DNA of 64,000 bases from Mobula hypostoma (Eukaryota): NCBI RefSeq assembly GCF_963921235.1, contig NC_086097.1, positions 48,114,001 to 48,178,000 on the forward strand, in the 5' to 3' direction. The notes beneath the pieces are model-generated. The model saw only the letters and a program-made list of their open reading frames with translations. It was not told the DNA's origin and made no database searches. The translations under genes were made by a program, and so were the position numbers. Positions 1 through 13,347 of the stretch are shown here, piece by piece; the stretch's first letter is position 1; each line of letters begins with the position of its first letter.

Positions 1-159
1 GGCTGAAGTGTTAGTTCCTTATCTGCATCCAGTTAGCTAACCACATCTGGAGCTAGCCATTGCTCCAGATGTAAGGCGGGAGAAAAAAGGAAAAACAATT
101 CACCAAAGATTATTACGAGTACATTGGCAGTGGTAAATAAGATTAGAGCAGTCCATATG

Positions 160-460
160 TGGCAGAAATGGAGCCCTGTTCCCTTTATATTGCTGATCAT
201 CTGAACTCAATAGTCTCTGTCCCTGCTTTCTCCCCATATCCCACCCTCTTTAGCCTTTAGAACTATAGTGACCTAAATATTTCCTCAATATGTAGAGATT
301 TGTCGTAACTATTTTCTGTGGCAAAGAATTTCACAGGTTCATCATTCCATAGGTGAAGAAATTATTCCTTTTCTCAATCCTAAATGACTCCTCCATTCCT
401 TTAGATCCTAATTCTGGACTTCCCTATTATTCAAAACATCCTTCCTGCATGTAATCTCCT
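160..460 (-). mobile_element. Degraded CR1-type LINE 3' fragment
   Basis: 'cctgctttctccccatatcc...gaatttcacaggttcatc...gtgaagaaatt' resembles the reverse complement of CR1 3' ends also seen at 28283-28560. Recognised by eye. Confidence 0.55.
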
Positions 461-691
461 GCTTTTTGTAAGCAAGACATCCCCTAGGCAATTTTCTGCA
501 TCCTCGGGGAGATTTTTGTGTTGTCTCTGTACTGGAACACTTGGCTTCAGGCATGACAGGGTCTACAGCACATCTTCAAGCCTATACGGTAGCCTGGATG
601 TCGTCACGTCTCATTGCCGTTGCTCTGTGCAGTGTTCTTAGCCATTGTTTTAATACCACATGGTGTGAATCAAATTGGTCAAAGATTGCCT

Positions 692-2180
692 TTAGAATCA
701 GGTTTATTATCACTGACATATGTTGTGAAATGTGTTGTTTTGTGGCAGCAGGGCAGTGCAAAACATAACATTTAATATAAGTTATGAAAAATAAATAAAT
801 GGTGTAAAAAGTGAATAATGGGCAGTGTTATGGATTCAGAGAGCATTCATAAATCTGATGGCAGAAGGGAAGAAACTTTTCCTGACTCATTGAGTATTGA
901 CCTTCAGGCTCTGAAGCTCCTGCCTAATGATAGCAGTGCAAAGAGCACATGTCCCAGATAGTGGGGGCCTTTAAAGGTGGATGCTGCCACCTTGAGTCAC
1001 CACCCCTTGAAGATGTCTTCAGTAGCAGGGAGAGTTGTCTTCATGTCAGAACTGGATGAGTGCACGTCTCTCTGCAGCTTCTCGTGATCCTTTTCATTGG
1101 CACCTTCAGATGAGGCTGTGGGTGATGGAACCATGAAGCAGGTTCCCCATTGTGCATCTGAAGAAACTGGCGGGACTGTTTGGTGATGTACCAAGCCCTC
1201 CTCAAACTGCTAATGAAGGATAGCTGGAGGCATGCTTTCTTCATGATTTCATCAATGCTTAAGGCCCAGGACAGGTCCTCTGAGTTGTTGATGCCCAGAA
1301 ACTTGAAGCTGCTCACGCTTTACACGATTAACCCCTTCACTGTGGACTGCTGCGTGTTCCCTCGACGTCCCCTTCCAGAAGTTCACAATCTGTTCCTTGG
1401 TCTTACTGACACCGAGCGCAAAGCCACCGTAGCGCAGTGGTTAGCACGACGTTATTAAGGCTTGTGGCGCTGGAGTTCAGAGTTTACTTCTGGCATCCTC
1501 TGTAAGGAGTTTATACATCCACCCCTGGGCAAGTGGGTTTCCTCTGGGTGCCTGGGTTTCCTTCCACATTCCAAAGGCGTACCGGTTAGTAGGCTATTTG
1601 GTCATTGTAAATTGCCCTTTGTTTAGGCTAGGGTTAAATAGGTGGGTTGTTGGGTGAGATGTGGCTCATTGAGCCAGAAGGGCCTGTTCTGTGAGGTATC
1701 TCTAAATAAAGTTCTTGCTGTGACACCGCTCAACTAGACAATCCGTCTGACTCCTGTATGCCTCCTTGTCACCATCTTTGATTCTGCCAACAACGGTGGT
1801 GTCATCGGCGAATTTATAGATGACTTTTGAGCTGTGCCTCGTCACACAGTCATGTGCGCACAGTGAATAGAGTATCGTCACCAAGAAGGAGATACTATTA
1901 CCGATCGGCGTTGACTGTGGTCTGAGGATCCAGTTGCAGAGGGAGGTACAAAGGCCTGAGCTTTGAAGCTTATTGCTTAGTACTGAGGAGATAATGGCGT
2001 TGAACGCTGAGCTCTAATTGATAAACAGAAGTCTGACAAATGTTTTGCTGTTGTCAGGTGCTCCAAAGCCTAGTTGAGAGCCAGTGAGACTGCGTCTGCT
2101 GAGGAGCTGTTGTGTCATAGGCAAATTGCAGTGTGTGCAGTTCCTTGTTCAGGCAGGAGTTAATTCTAGCCATGGTTAGA
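692..2180 (-). mobile_element. Rex/Babar-like LINE 3' portion (RT C-terminus plus tail), interrupted by a SINE
   Basis: ORF 1702..1884(-) contains [28 protein letters not shown] (RT FADD motif). Tail on - strand reads 'aataaacctgattct' at about 693-707. Confidence 0.8.
1423..1710 (+). mobile_element. tRNA-derived V-SINE (HE1-like) nested in the LINE
   Basis: A-box-like head 'gtagcgcagtggttagc', V-domain-like core 'gtgggtttcctctgggtgc...ttccacattccaaag', tail ending 'tctaaataaa'. LINE sequence resumes on both sides. Confidence 0.75.
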
Positions 2181-2399
2181 TGTTTCTAGAATTAATTCCA
2201 GTAGATAAAGCTTCCGCAATCATCAGGATCTTGGGCGGAAGACTTATCCATCCACTTGACACTTCTGGCTGAATAGGGACAAACGGGCTAAGTGGAAAAT
2301 GTAATATTTCTCACTACATTAAAGGAAGCTGCTTGTTTTTGCCAGTTCTCAGGATGAATACCATCACACTGCACACTTCCCAGCAAACTATTCACTCTC

Positions 2400-2500
2400 A
2401 CAACTCCACCTTTGATCTTTGGGATGTGGAAGGTAATGACAGCACCCACAAGAAATTCACAGTCAGAAGGAGAATGTACATATTCCATACAGACAGTTGG
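2400..2500 (-). mobile_element. V-SINE core fragment
   Basis: 'ctttgggatgtggaaggtaa...cacccacaagaaa' is the reverse complement of the core at about 1530-1580. Confidence 0.55.
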
Positions 2501-3542
2501 AAGGAATTATGATTACTCAGACTCAAGTATGTGGTTCATGTTCAATCAGCAGTAGAATATTGCTGCCACTGACCTTTAGTTTCTAGGTGTTTGTAAAGTG
2601 CTTCCTAATGACAAAACCAGCTAATTGGTCACTGCCCATACTCTGCAAAGAAAAATATCAAAGTGGGAAGTGAGACAGACATTTGACCCGACACATGGTG
2701 ATCTTTGCAAACAGCGCAAGGAAATTATTTCTTAGTCTGGAATGCATTACAGGAACTAAACTGACTTATGCATTTTGAGTGATAGTTGGTTCGTCATGGT
2801 AACAGCTCAGGAAATAAGCTTTTGCCAAAAAGAGAAGGGTTATATGGTTTTATTATTATCTAGTGACATGGATTAGTTCTTGTGGCGGCCTGCTTGTGAA
2901 GCAATGATCCAAATTTATGCTGGAGTTTAATGCCCTTAATAGTGGTTGAGTTATCAGTCACAATATAATGTGCGTGCCAATTATCTGCAAAACCAATGCC
3001 AACCGACAACCTTTCTTTTGTAAGATACTGGCTGATAATTACGTAATACCCACTGACTATCCAGAGGAGAATATTCATTGTATGTGAGGAAGGCTGTTAT
3101 ACAAAATTAAAATGTTGTTTGACAGAATTTAGAGAAAGATGTGCAAAAGTTTTAAATAACAAAACTGCATTGTTGCATCAGTGGAGAAATCAGGAGCAAA
3201 ATTGGTGGAGGGAAAGTTTCTTCAGTGTGGTTGGGATCAGGAATCCTCACTAACTGCATAAATAGTGGACTTCCGAGACTGCAATGAGTCACATTTTTGG
3301 GGGCAAAAACAAGACTCTGAAATTTTCCACCACTTCCAAGGATAGTAATAACTTTTTAAAAGCTTTGTGTAATTTAAAATAACCACAGACTAGGAGGTCA
3401 GAACATTGTGAAAGATAACTCAGCAGAATCATTAGATGGACTTTTTATAAAATCTCTCACATGTAATCTTATGGTTTGTAAATGTAATCCAAGCTGTTTC
3501 ATTCTTTTACTGTCTTGAATTTATGTCCTACCTACACATTAT

Positions 3543-3579
3543 GAGGGAGAGGGAGAGGGAGAGGGAGAGGGAGGGAGAG
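3543..3579. repeat. (GAGGGA)n microsatellite
   Basis: Seen directly. Confidence 0.9.
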
Positions 3580-4231
3580 AAATGATGATGCCACATATTA
3601 AGAACAGTACTTTTCATAGGTAATGCACTGAATAGTTCATACTGCTGCCTATTCCTTGAGGCTGTGATGGTTAAGAAGAACAGACAAATGTGTGAAAAAT
3701 GGGAAATATCATTCATCAGAAGGATTTTTCAATTGCAATTAAGATGATAATAAATTGAATGTCTCCAATGACTCCTTGACAATAAGACTTAAACTAAGAT
3801 AACTACCTTTCAAGAGCAAGGGCAAATTAATTGTAATTGATGCTGTTGAATTATTTCCAACTAATTTCTCTTACTGGACATCACTGGAACTGCAATAGAA
3901 TTTTCTTTATTATTAAGTAAATTGAGATATGGACATTATGGATGATACTTGGTTTTTAGTGTTAAATTATACACCATACATTAAGATGAGTAAACAGAAA
4001 CTCAAGAGCTCAGAATAAATAAGAAACTTCATATATACAGTGCATAACCACCTGGTAATGGGTTGCCTTAAATTGTAAAGGTGCATTTTTTTCAGGTAGT
4101 TCCTAAAACTATAATTTTATTATTGTGATCTACAGTCTCATAAGAACCAACAAATGAATTGAAAAATCTTTATGAATACTTAATTGGATATATGATTATA
4201 TAGAAATGTAACTGATTAGCTTTAATACTCA

Positions 4232-5657
4232 TGTAGCATAATGTAATTGAGAGAAATGTACATAATTCACAACTACCGACATTGAGTGGAGGTTTCACTT
4301 TAAGAGGCTGGTCTGATGTGATGACATTATTACATAAGTATTTCTAGCATGCTTTTGTGTTTCCATTTTGCAGATCAACAAAATATGTTACGGGTTTCAT
4401 TAAACGTGAAACGCCTGACATCATTTTATTTGCAAAACGTACATTGATAACCCTTTTTGGCCCTTTTGAGTTTCTGTGCATGCTGTTTGGGCTGAAAAAT
4501 GCAGCTCAGACTTTCCAATGGCTGATGGACTCTATATTAAAAGACTTAGATTTCCTTTTTGTTTACCTGAATGACATACTTGTCACCAGTGTGTCCAAAT
4601 CCGAACACGTATCTCTTCTCTGCACACTTTCGAGCATTTAAGCCAACATGGGTTGATTATTAACCCTGCTAAATGCCGATTTACGATTTACCACTGACTT
4701 TCTTGGCCATCACATCTTTGCAGAAGGGTTTTTAGGTATGGTAAATTTCTGTCACTGCGTCATGCCGTGAGATGCTGAACTTGTACCCCTCCCCCGCCCC
4801 CCGTATAGTATGCTTAAAGACAATTCCCCTCATTATGTGCTTGACTGGTCAGCGGACATGACCAGGGCATTAGACACCAAACAAGCTCTTTCCAATGCAA
4901 CACTACTGGTGCACCCACTCCCCAACACACCCATAGCCATTTCTACTGACACCTCATACTACGCTGCGGGTGGTGTGCACAAACAGTTGGTTGAGGGGTT
5001 TGGCAGCTGCTTGCCTTCTTCAGCCAGCAGCTCTGTCACCCCTGAAAGGAAGTACAGCACGTTTTACTGAGAGCTTCTCAGTCTCTATCTGGCTGTGCAC
5101 CATTTTTGTTTTCTGCTAGAAGGTTGCCATTTCAATGTCATTAACATTTCCTTAGGCCCCCTTACCATGGCTCATTTAGTGTTTTGGAATGGGGAGAAAA
5201 GACCTTTATCATAGATAAGAGGGGTAAGCCTGAACAGGTTTTGGTAGATTACCTTAAACCAAGATTTGGAGTATTCTGCTGCCATGTCATGACCATGAGA
5301 GAGTCAACGCACCCCTGGATGAGCCACCTACAGAGGCATCTGCTGTTCCTCCAGCCATGGAACACAGGACCCAAGCTGGCGGCTCTTCCGAGCTCCAGAC
5401 TGGCAAACAATGCAGTTTTAATGAAATCTGGGGCGCGGGGTCCTGTATAGGGTAACATAATTGGGGAAAATGCACATAATTTGCAACCACTGATACTGAG
5501 CTGGGCTTTCACTTTAAGAGGCTGGTCTGATGTGATGACGTTATTACATAAAGCTCTTTAGCATGCTTTTGTGTTTTGGTTTTGGAGTTCAATAAAATAT
5601 GTTAGGGTTTCATTAAACATAAAATGCCTTATGTTGTTTTATTTGTGAAAACCTACA
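4232..5657 (+). mobile_element. Heavily internally deleted Ty3/Gypsy LTR retrotransposon with both LTRs
   Basis: LTRs 4232-4443 and 5444-5657 (TG...CA, shared 'ttcactttaagaggctggtctgatgtgatgac'). 4-bp TSD CTCA (4228-4231, 5658-5661). G-rich tract before the 3' LTR. RT remnant FGLKNAAQTFQ..YLNDIL, RNase H remnant ISTDTS, integrase C-terminal remnant. Confidence 0.9.
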
Positions 5658-6144
5658 CTCACACTAAATCTTCTTATACTTATTAATTATTTTTCTCAAA
5701 TATATGTGAGTCAGAAATTGATATTTTTTGTTGTTTGCTATGATCCTATTTGGGAAAATACTTGCTAAGAAATTCAAAACATAATGTGTATTGGTGTTAG
5801 CACATTGCACTCTGCTTTAGAAATTCATTGTATTGACTTTCTTGCCAGGGTTGGAGAGTCTGATTACATTGAATAAGAAACACATTAGTTTTTTAGGCCT
5901 GATTATTTAGGCAGAGCTCTTTAGATACTTATCATTTTAAGGCAAGAGTTTTTTGCCTCCCTGAGTTTCCCCTCATGTGCAAAATGAGGCTGCCCATTGT
6001 TAAAGCCGGAAGTATAATAAAAGGCACGTAGGGCACAGTCAAATAATTGTTCATTCTGTTTAAAGTTTGCTAATTTGACTAGAAATTAAAATGTTCAAAT
6101 ACCAGGTGAGAACAAAACTCTGGCTGTCATTCCATGTAGAGTAA

Positions 6145-6450
6145 CAGTGGAGTGCTGCATTGGCAGGCGTGTGGCGTTTATGTCAAACCAAGTACCTGAC
6201 TTCCTCAGATGGAAGTAAAAGGGGAGGAGAAGGCTGATCTCCTATACTGTGCCCAAAATTTATTCCCTCAGTGTATTTCACTAAAGTACATTTTTCTCAT
6301 GATTTTCATCTTACTACTTGTAGAATCTTGCTGTGTAAAAAAAATTACTGATGTCTTTTCCATCTTACAACAATGATTCATAATCCAATAAGTGTTCATT
6401 TGAGAGATATGAATTATGAAAACTATGGTATTATGCTAGTCTTCTTCTTT
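6145..6450 (+). mobile_element. Ancient Deu-domain SINE remnant (SacSINE1/AmnSINE-like)
   Basis: Motif order 'ggagtgctgcattg...ctcagatggaagtaaaag...atttattccctca...cttgctgtgtaaa...ttacaacaatga' matches my recollection of the Deu-SINE body and tail. Confidence 0.55.
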
Positions 6451-8839
6451 ATTACAATTAATTGAACATTTTACCTCTTGTGAATGAGTAGTTATTTGTG
6501 CTTGCCTCTTTGTCTGCCTCCATGAACGCAAACTATGGACATGATTTGGCTTAGGTTGTGTTTAGTTTGAGAGTTTTGCATTATCCTACTCAGTCAAATT
6601 TGTATCTTTGATCTTATATATCTAAAGTGCCTTTCCTGTTTCTTTTAATACTAAAGAACTTTGTTCCTCTTGAAAAATAAATTAATCTGAGATTGCAAGG
6701 AAGGAAGGAAGGAGTCAGAGATCAGAGACTGAAACGAACAGGGAATGTTGGATGGACCTTGAGGGTCAAGGACACTATGCAGGCAGGAAAATTCAACAGG
6801 GAGCATGGGTGTGGCTTTATGTGTGTAGTAATGTCTTGGTATCTGGAGTTCTGCTTGTTCAAAACCAGGGTTGCAGAGTAGCTCTGTACTAGGTAGATAG
6901 AGCATGAGATTAATTAAAAGTGCCTGCAGGGTCTATTAGTGTGCTAACTGGCAAGTTTCTATTGCTCCTGTCCTTTAAACTGGCATTTATACACATTTTA
7001 TTCCCTATCTTTACTTTAACTTTATTTTTATATAATTCTTTACCATAGAGACCAATGGTAATTGCTGAATGTTGTTTTTTGCTTCGTGTCCTGCCAACAG
7101 ACCACAGCAGATGGAATAAGAAACACATTAGCTTGTTGGGCCTGAGTATTGGCGAGTAAAGTTCCTGATAAAGCAGCAGGTTCTTTGCTCAGCCAAAACA
7201 TTTGTAACAAAGTCAAAAGAAATCAGTCAGCTTGATTTGCATTCTGCAGTGTCTTCCATTCCTGGAACCTGCAAAACAGGCGATACGGGGATGGTCGTTT
7301 CTCTCTTCTCATTCATACGATATCAGTGCTGCTGTTGCACTGTTTAATCTCTATCTCTTAACACCCTTTTGAGCAGGTAGGTTTGAGTTACATACAGACC
7401 AGATCAGGGAAGTGCAGCAGGTTTTCTTTATGAAAGGACAATGGTGAACCAGATGACATTTAACATAGCAAACTACATGATACTCACTTTTTAGTATCCA
7501 AATTGTATTTAGTTTTGCGCAAGTGGAGTGAAAATAAGGCAAGGAAGAAGGAAGGAAAGGAGAAATGACACATTTAGGAGGAGAGCAGTAAAGACTAGAA
7601 TGGAGACAGAATGGGCAAAATACCCTAGTTAAAGGCTTAACAGAGGAAGAGTAGAGACGTTTTTAATTAATGTATTCTTTCATGATCCTACCTGATTAAT
7701 TTGTTGCATTGTAATTGGCATAAACAAATATTATGATCTGGTTAATATCCATTTAAGTGACCTAACAACAAATTCACATAGTTTAACGTTATACTGTCAT
7801 TAGGGATAGCTACCCCTGCTCCTAGAGAGAGGTTTGCACATGTTGTTAAAATAGGAACAGACAAAATGTAAGAGAATCGTGCAGCATCAGGAAACAAATG
7901 TAAAACAATCCCATGGGATCTCTGCATTTGCTTTGAACATGCAAAACCATACATGCTACTCATTATAATTATCATTTTGGCTTAGTGGTAGTACTTCCAG
8001 CTCTGTATGAGAAGAAGTTAATTATACATAATTTACCCTAATATTAAGGGAGTGTGGCATTGTCGGAGGTTCAGAATGTTGAAAAGGGCCTTAAGCTGAA
8101 ATCTCTGCTACATTTTCAAATGAATGTGATAGACAACAGAGCACTGAGCACACAACCCTCAGCTGACATGGACAGCAACACATTTGTTCCCCTGTAATAG
8201 ACTGGCAAGGCAATTGGTTGGGGCTGAAGAATAGACGCTGACCTTACCTGTGACTCCTGTGTCCCGATAATGAATATAGAGGAAGGGCCAATCCTCAATT
8301 CCCCATTTTACAGTCCGCCAGCACATGAGAAAAATGCATTTCTTTTATATAAGTGTTCAAGTCACATGGGGTTAGTGCAGGAAAGTGGTGCTGAGGTTTA
8401 AAAAAAAATCTGCCAAGCTCTGAGAGAATGATGGAGTAGACTTTAGGGGTCAAACTACCTATTCTTACTTCTACTCTTTGTGATTTGATCTTGTGCTTGT
8501 TGTTGTAGCTTTCGTTTGTGAAATCATGTCATGCATCAAGGCAGCTGGTGTGTTTGTTCCTCTGACTCCTATGGCTGGTGTACAAAAATGGATTTGGAAT
8601 GTTCTGAGCACAAGTATAAACAGAACTCTTTCTTTCGTTTCAGTCCACTGCCCCTCCTCTCTTAAAGTTCCGTATTTCTTTTCCTCTTGAAATAATTTCC
8701 AAATTCCTTTTGGATATTTTTATTGAATTTGCTTTTGCTAGTCTTCAATGCATTTCATCAATGATGGACAGACATATTGAGAGCCCTGGGCAGAGTTAAC
8801 TATCCTTTAAAGGATTTGCTGAATCACTGATGTTCTACA

Positions 8840-10350
8840 TTGCTGGTTAAAATATCCATTAATGACCTGGCTGTGAATGCAGGCAGCATGATTCTTCATG
8901 GATGATGTGAAAATTGTGATGGTCTGGAAGGCAGTCTTAGGCTATTGGTAAAATGGGCAGAGCAATGTCAGGCTTTAATCCTTGTACAGTATGTGTGATG
9001 TGGGTGTATTTCTGGAGGGGTACTAAGAGAATGACACACACAATGAATGGTGGGCTCCTCAGGAGTACTGAGAAACAGGGATCTTCATGTTGAAGTCCAA
9101 GATCCCTGAAACTAGCAAAATAGGTGGCTAAAATGGTTATAAAATCATACAAGACACTTGCTTTCATTACCCAGCATGGAATATACAAGCAGGGAAATTC
9201 ATGGTATATTTTCATCAAACATTGGCTAGGTTACAGTGTGGTTATCGAGGGCCTTTATTACACAGGAGGGGATGCACAAAGCATTCACCAGAATGTTGCC
9301 TGGGATGGAGCGTTTCAATTATGAGCAGAGATTGGAAAGCAGGGTTTGTTTACTTGGTGTGGGGAAGGTTGAGGGGAATGAGCTGAGATTAGTTTTATTT
9401 GTCACGTGTACATTGAGGTATGCGGTGAAATGTGTCCAGGTACAGGTGGTTATCCATTGTGTCCGATGATGACAGGAAACCTGTGGCGGAGAGTTTTTAA
9501 AGTGGAAAAGCCACTGCACTGGGCAGTTCCACTTTCTCGACCTCAGAAGTCCTGGTCCAGTGGTAGAGCAAGTGTCACAAACTGGGTTTTGCTTGGTCGC
9601 AGTGGATGACCATGATGTCTTCTGTGCTTTGTCATGCCCTTCGCTCTCCACAGCCCTGCAGTACCGCCTTCATAGCCATTGGGTCTCACTGTAGATCTCA
9701 TCCTCCCAGTCTGCCAGAGCTGACTTCACATGCTAGGACAGGCATGTCCCTAACTCACTAGGGTACAAGGCCACTGGCTACCCTCACTGGTTTAGCTCGC
9801 CTGCCGAAGTGATGTACAGGGGTGTGGCCGCTGTCGCTTGCAAACAGCTACTTGGAGCCAGAAGTGAGAGCTGAGTGTTCAGTAAGGACCAAAGGTGAAT
9901 GAGCTGACCTGAATGGATATGACAAGCCATTTCACCAGAGGTGCTATCCCTCCCTGGACTCCCCATATACCCTACAGGTATGTAGAAGTATACTAAATTG
10001 GGAGAGTCTCGGGTAATGTAAATAATGTGAATTGCTTCCGCCTCCATCCCCCTAACAGAGGTGTATAAAACCAAAAGGCATATGATCAAGATAAGGAGTA
10101 AGAAATTTTGAAAGAATCTGAGGAAGAAGTTCTCCCCCAGAATGTGGATGGATTTTGGAATATATGTCTTTGGAGGTGGTAGCGGCAGAAATTCTCATTT
10201 AAAAAATATCTGGGTTTATACTTGATCGGTTGAGGCATGGAATGCTAGGTGTCAACTGCTTTCAAATGGGATTAGTATGGATGGTTACTTAGTGGTCAGC
10301 ATAGACATGTTGGCTCAAAGGGCTCACATCTGTACGGTCTCTATGACTTT
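8840..10350 (+). mobile_element. CR1-type LINE 3' portion interrupted by younger insertions at about 9385-9975
   Basis: CR1-like blocks 'attcaccagaatgttgcctgggatggag', 'ggttgagggga', and a tail ending 'gtctctatgacttt'. Confidence 0.7.
9443..9965 (-). mobile_element. Non-coding RTE-5'UTR-like retroposon
   Basis: - strand 'gctaaaccagtgagggtagcc...ccctagtgagttaggga' resembles RTE-clade 5' UTRs. No ORF; nested in CR1. Confidence 0.5.
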
Positions 10351-11424
10351 GCCTCTCTCTATCCTAAGAGTCCCTGGTATTCTGCTTCAATTCCTTCATC
10401 TTTTCTAGGCTGTCTTTGTCAAGATATTCATGAGGCTCCACTCGCTCATATCTACAGTATATATCTTATTTAGAATATTCTTTTCATAATTCCTCTATTT
10501 TTGTTGGTATGAACTGATCTAAGATCAACTTGGCACAATGTGGAATGTACTGATTCAATGCAGGGGCACATGGTGGGAGGAGAGAATGGTGGAGGCGCTT
10601 GGAATCTCTTCAGCATTCACCTAACCTGTGGGTGGATGCCAAGATCTGAAAATCAGAGGCAAACAGATAAATGTTCAGTGGAGAGAAGCTGTCACAAAGC
10701 CCAAAGCAAGATATTGTAAGTACTTTACTAAAAGCATCAAAAAAATAGAAAATAGAATTGTCGCTTGAAAATGATTGTAAACTGGAATTGGTGGCATTGT
10801 TAAATTTGTAAGGAGATGCTACCTCCAGCTAATTATCTCTGCTTCTTGCACTACTTAGCACATCAAATCCAACTGTCACCTCTCCATTGCCAAAATTCCA
10901 GCTGAGCAACTAACAAAATACTGACAACTGATCATCTTTCTTGTCTATATATTCAGTACACAGCATTTGGTGTTCTTGTGCACAAAATTGTTTGGGAGGC
11001 TGAAATTTTATAAAGATTTACAATCACTGTAAGGTATACTGTGGTGTTAATGGAAGATGAAGATGAAATTTCAGTAGGTTCCCTCATTTCATTGTGCTTA
11101 AAACATCTTCCTTTCACATAATTAATTCAGATTGTATATGAACAGGTAAATACATAACATATTAAATGCTTCGATGGTGATAATTATACAAATGGGTATA
11201 CAAGCTGGTGACCATTTTGTTTTAACTGTTACAAAGGCACTTGTGGGGATTGACAAAGCTTTCCTTTGGATATGTTAGAGGAAATGGAAGCTGCACTGAT
11301 AATGAGTGGTTTTCGGCACACTGCTGCATAAATGTAATACTTTGCATAACTAAGTCCTGAAAAATGTCTGTTGGGTGATTCACCAGTTCATCACGATTCT
11401 GACCGCAAGATTTATTTGTAACCT

Positions 11425-11978
11425 CATAGAACACAGAACACAGAGCATTACAGCACAGTACAGGCCCTTTGGCCCACAATGTTGTGCTGACATTTTATCC
11501 TAGTCAAGATCAAACTAACCGTTTCCTCCTACATAGACCTCCATTTAAGTTGATAAACTTCATGACACTTGCTGGTGATAGTAAACCTGATTCTGATTCT
11601 GAATTTTCTGTCATCTATGAGCCTATCTTACAGGCCCCTAATGTGTCAGCCTCTACCGCCATCTCTGGCCACGTGTCCACCCCCACTACTCTCTGTGTGG
11701 AGAACATAACCCTCCAATCACCTTAAAAGTGTGCCTCCCTTGCATCAGCTCTGGATCTCCACTCGACCTATGTCTCTTATTATCCTGCACATGTCTGTCA
11801 TGTCACCTCTCATCCTCCTTTGCTGCAAAGAGAAAAGCTCTACTCCGCTCAACCTATCCTACTAAGATATGCCCTCTAATCCAGGCAGCATCCTGGGAAA
11901 TCAACTCCGCAACCTCTTTAAAGCCTTCACATCCCTCCTATAATGAGGCAACGTGAACTGAACACAATGTTCCTGGAC
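11425..11978 (-). mobile_element. CR1-type LINE 3' end
   Basis: 'acagcacagtacaggccctttggcccacaatgttgtgc' is the reverse complement of a CR1 tail. Contains a short LINE-tail insert 'aaacctgattctgattctg' at about 11555-11603. Confidence 0.7.
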
Positions 11979-12480
11979 AACACACAGGAAATGCTGGAAG
12001 AACTCAGCAGGTCAGGCAGCATCCATGGAAATGAGTACACTCTTGATGTTTTGGGCCAAGACCCTTCTTCAGGACTGGAAAGGAAGTGGGGGGGGGGGGC
12101 AGGGGGAAAGATGCCAGAATAAAAAAGAAGGGGGAAGAGGAAGGAGAATAGCTGGAAGGTGACAGGCGAAGCCAGGTGGGTGGAAAAGATAAAGGGCTGG
12201 AGAGGGAGGAATCTGATAGAAGAGGAGAGCGGACCAGAGGAGAAAGGGAAGGAGGAGGGACTCAAGGGGAGGTGATAAGCAGGTGAGAAAAGGTAAGGAG
12301 GAGGGGGGAGGGAATTTTCTTTTACTGGAAACAGAATTCGATATTCATGCCATCAGGTTGGAGGCCACCCAGGCAGAATATACACGGTGCTGCTCTTTAC
12401 CCTGAGGGTGGCCTCACCATGGCACAAGAGGAGCCCATGGACCCCCATGTTGGAATGGGGATGGGAATGAAAATGAAAAC
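11979..12480 (-). mobile_element. Penelope-like element 3' fragment with degenerate hammerhead (12043-12078)
   Basis: Homologous to 32409-32935 and 44240-45100. - strand reads 'agtc ctgaaga agggtcttggccc aaaa catc' (GAAA changed to AAAA). Confidence 0.8.
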
Positions 12481-13347
12481 GTCTGATCATGCAGGAATAA
12501 TTCTACACACTTTGGAGGATCGGGTGACTTTGAACCTATGCTTCCCATATTCCTCACACCTTGCCTGTGGATGTTACAGTCGAATTGATTAACACTGGTT
12601 GCCATGACTAAACCAGCAACTGCATCTTCATTGTATCCACAGAGCAGCAGAATGGTAAAAGGCAAACTGATGGACCTTGTTTTTGTTTATCTAGCAATTC
12701 TAGATATAATAATGTCCTCGTATATTATTGTTTGGTGTTATACTGCAAAACTGACCACATGCATGCAGCAAGTTAGGACCCATACAGGGTTTTAAATCAT
12801 GTAAATAATATTGGAATGAAGACTTGCCATTATGCCCACTGGCCTTTTCAGATTCGGGTTCTTACCTTGGACTACAGTTAAAAAAAGGCAGCAATTATGT
12901 GTGAAGAGCCAACTTAATACAAATAGATTGCTCAGTGATTGTCAGATTATAAGTAGCTGTTAAATTATTGTGTCAGTCTGCGATAAATTTGTATTTACAA
13001 TAAATATCTACATTAGATCATGTTATTACTTTGAAAGATAACGTTTGAAAGTTCAAAGAACAAAATAATATCATGGAAATTGTAAGCAAGAATTTTGAAC
13101 AATGTTTTCCCTTGAGAAGATTATAAAATCTTTGAAACAAAAAAGCTGAAGATCCTGTCCTCTAGAGCAAAAAACAAACTGCTGGAGGAACTCAGTGGGT
13201 TGAGTAGCATCTGTGGAGGGGAAGGAATTGTTGTTTTGGGATGACAATGGAGAAGGCAGGTAGCCACTATAAACAGGAGAGGGGGATGGTAGAACCAGAA
13301 GCTGGTAGGCGATAGATGGACTGAGGAAGGGTGAAGGTGGAGACACA

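Noticed and set aside
8509..8613. Possible exon FVCEIMSCIKAAGVFVPLTPMAGVQKWIWNVLST
   Set aside because: The acceptor is plausible, but the donor is poor and the peptide is unrecognised.
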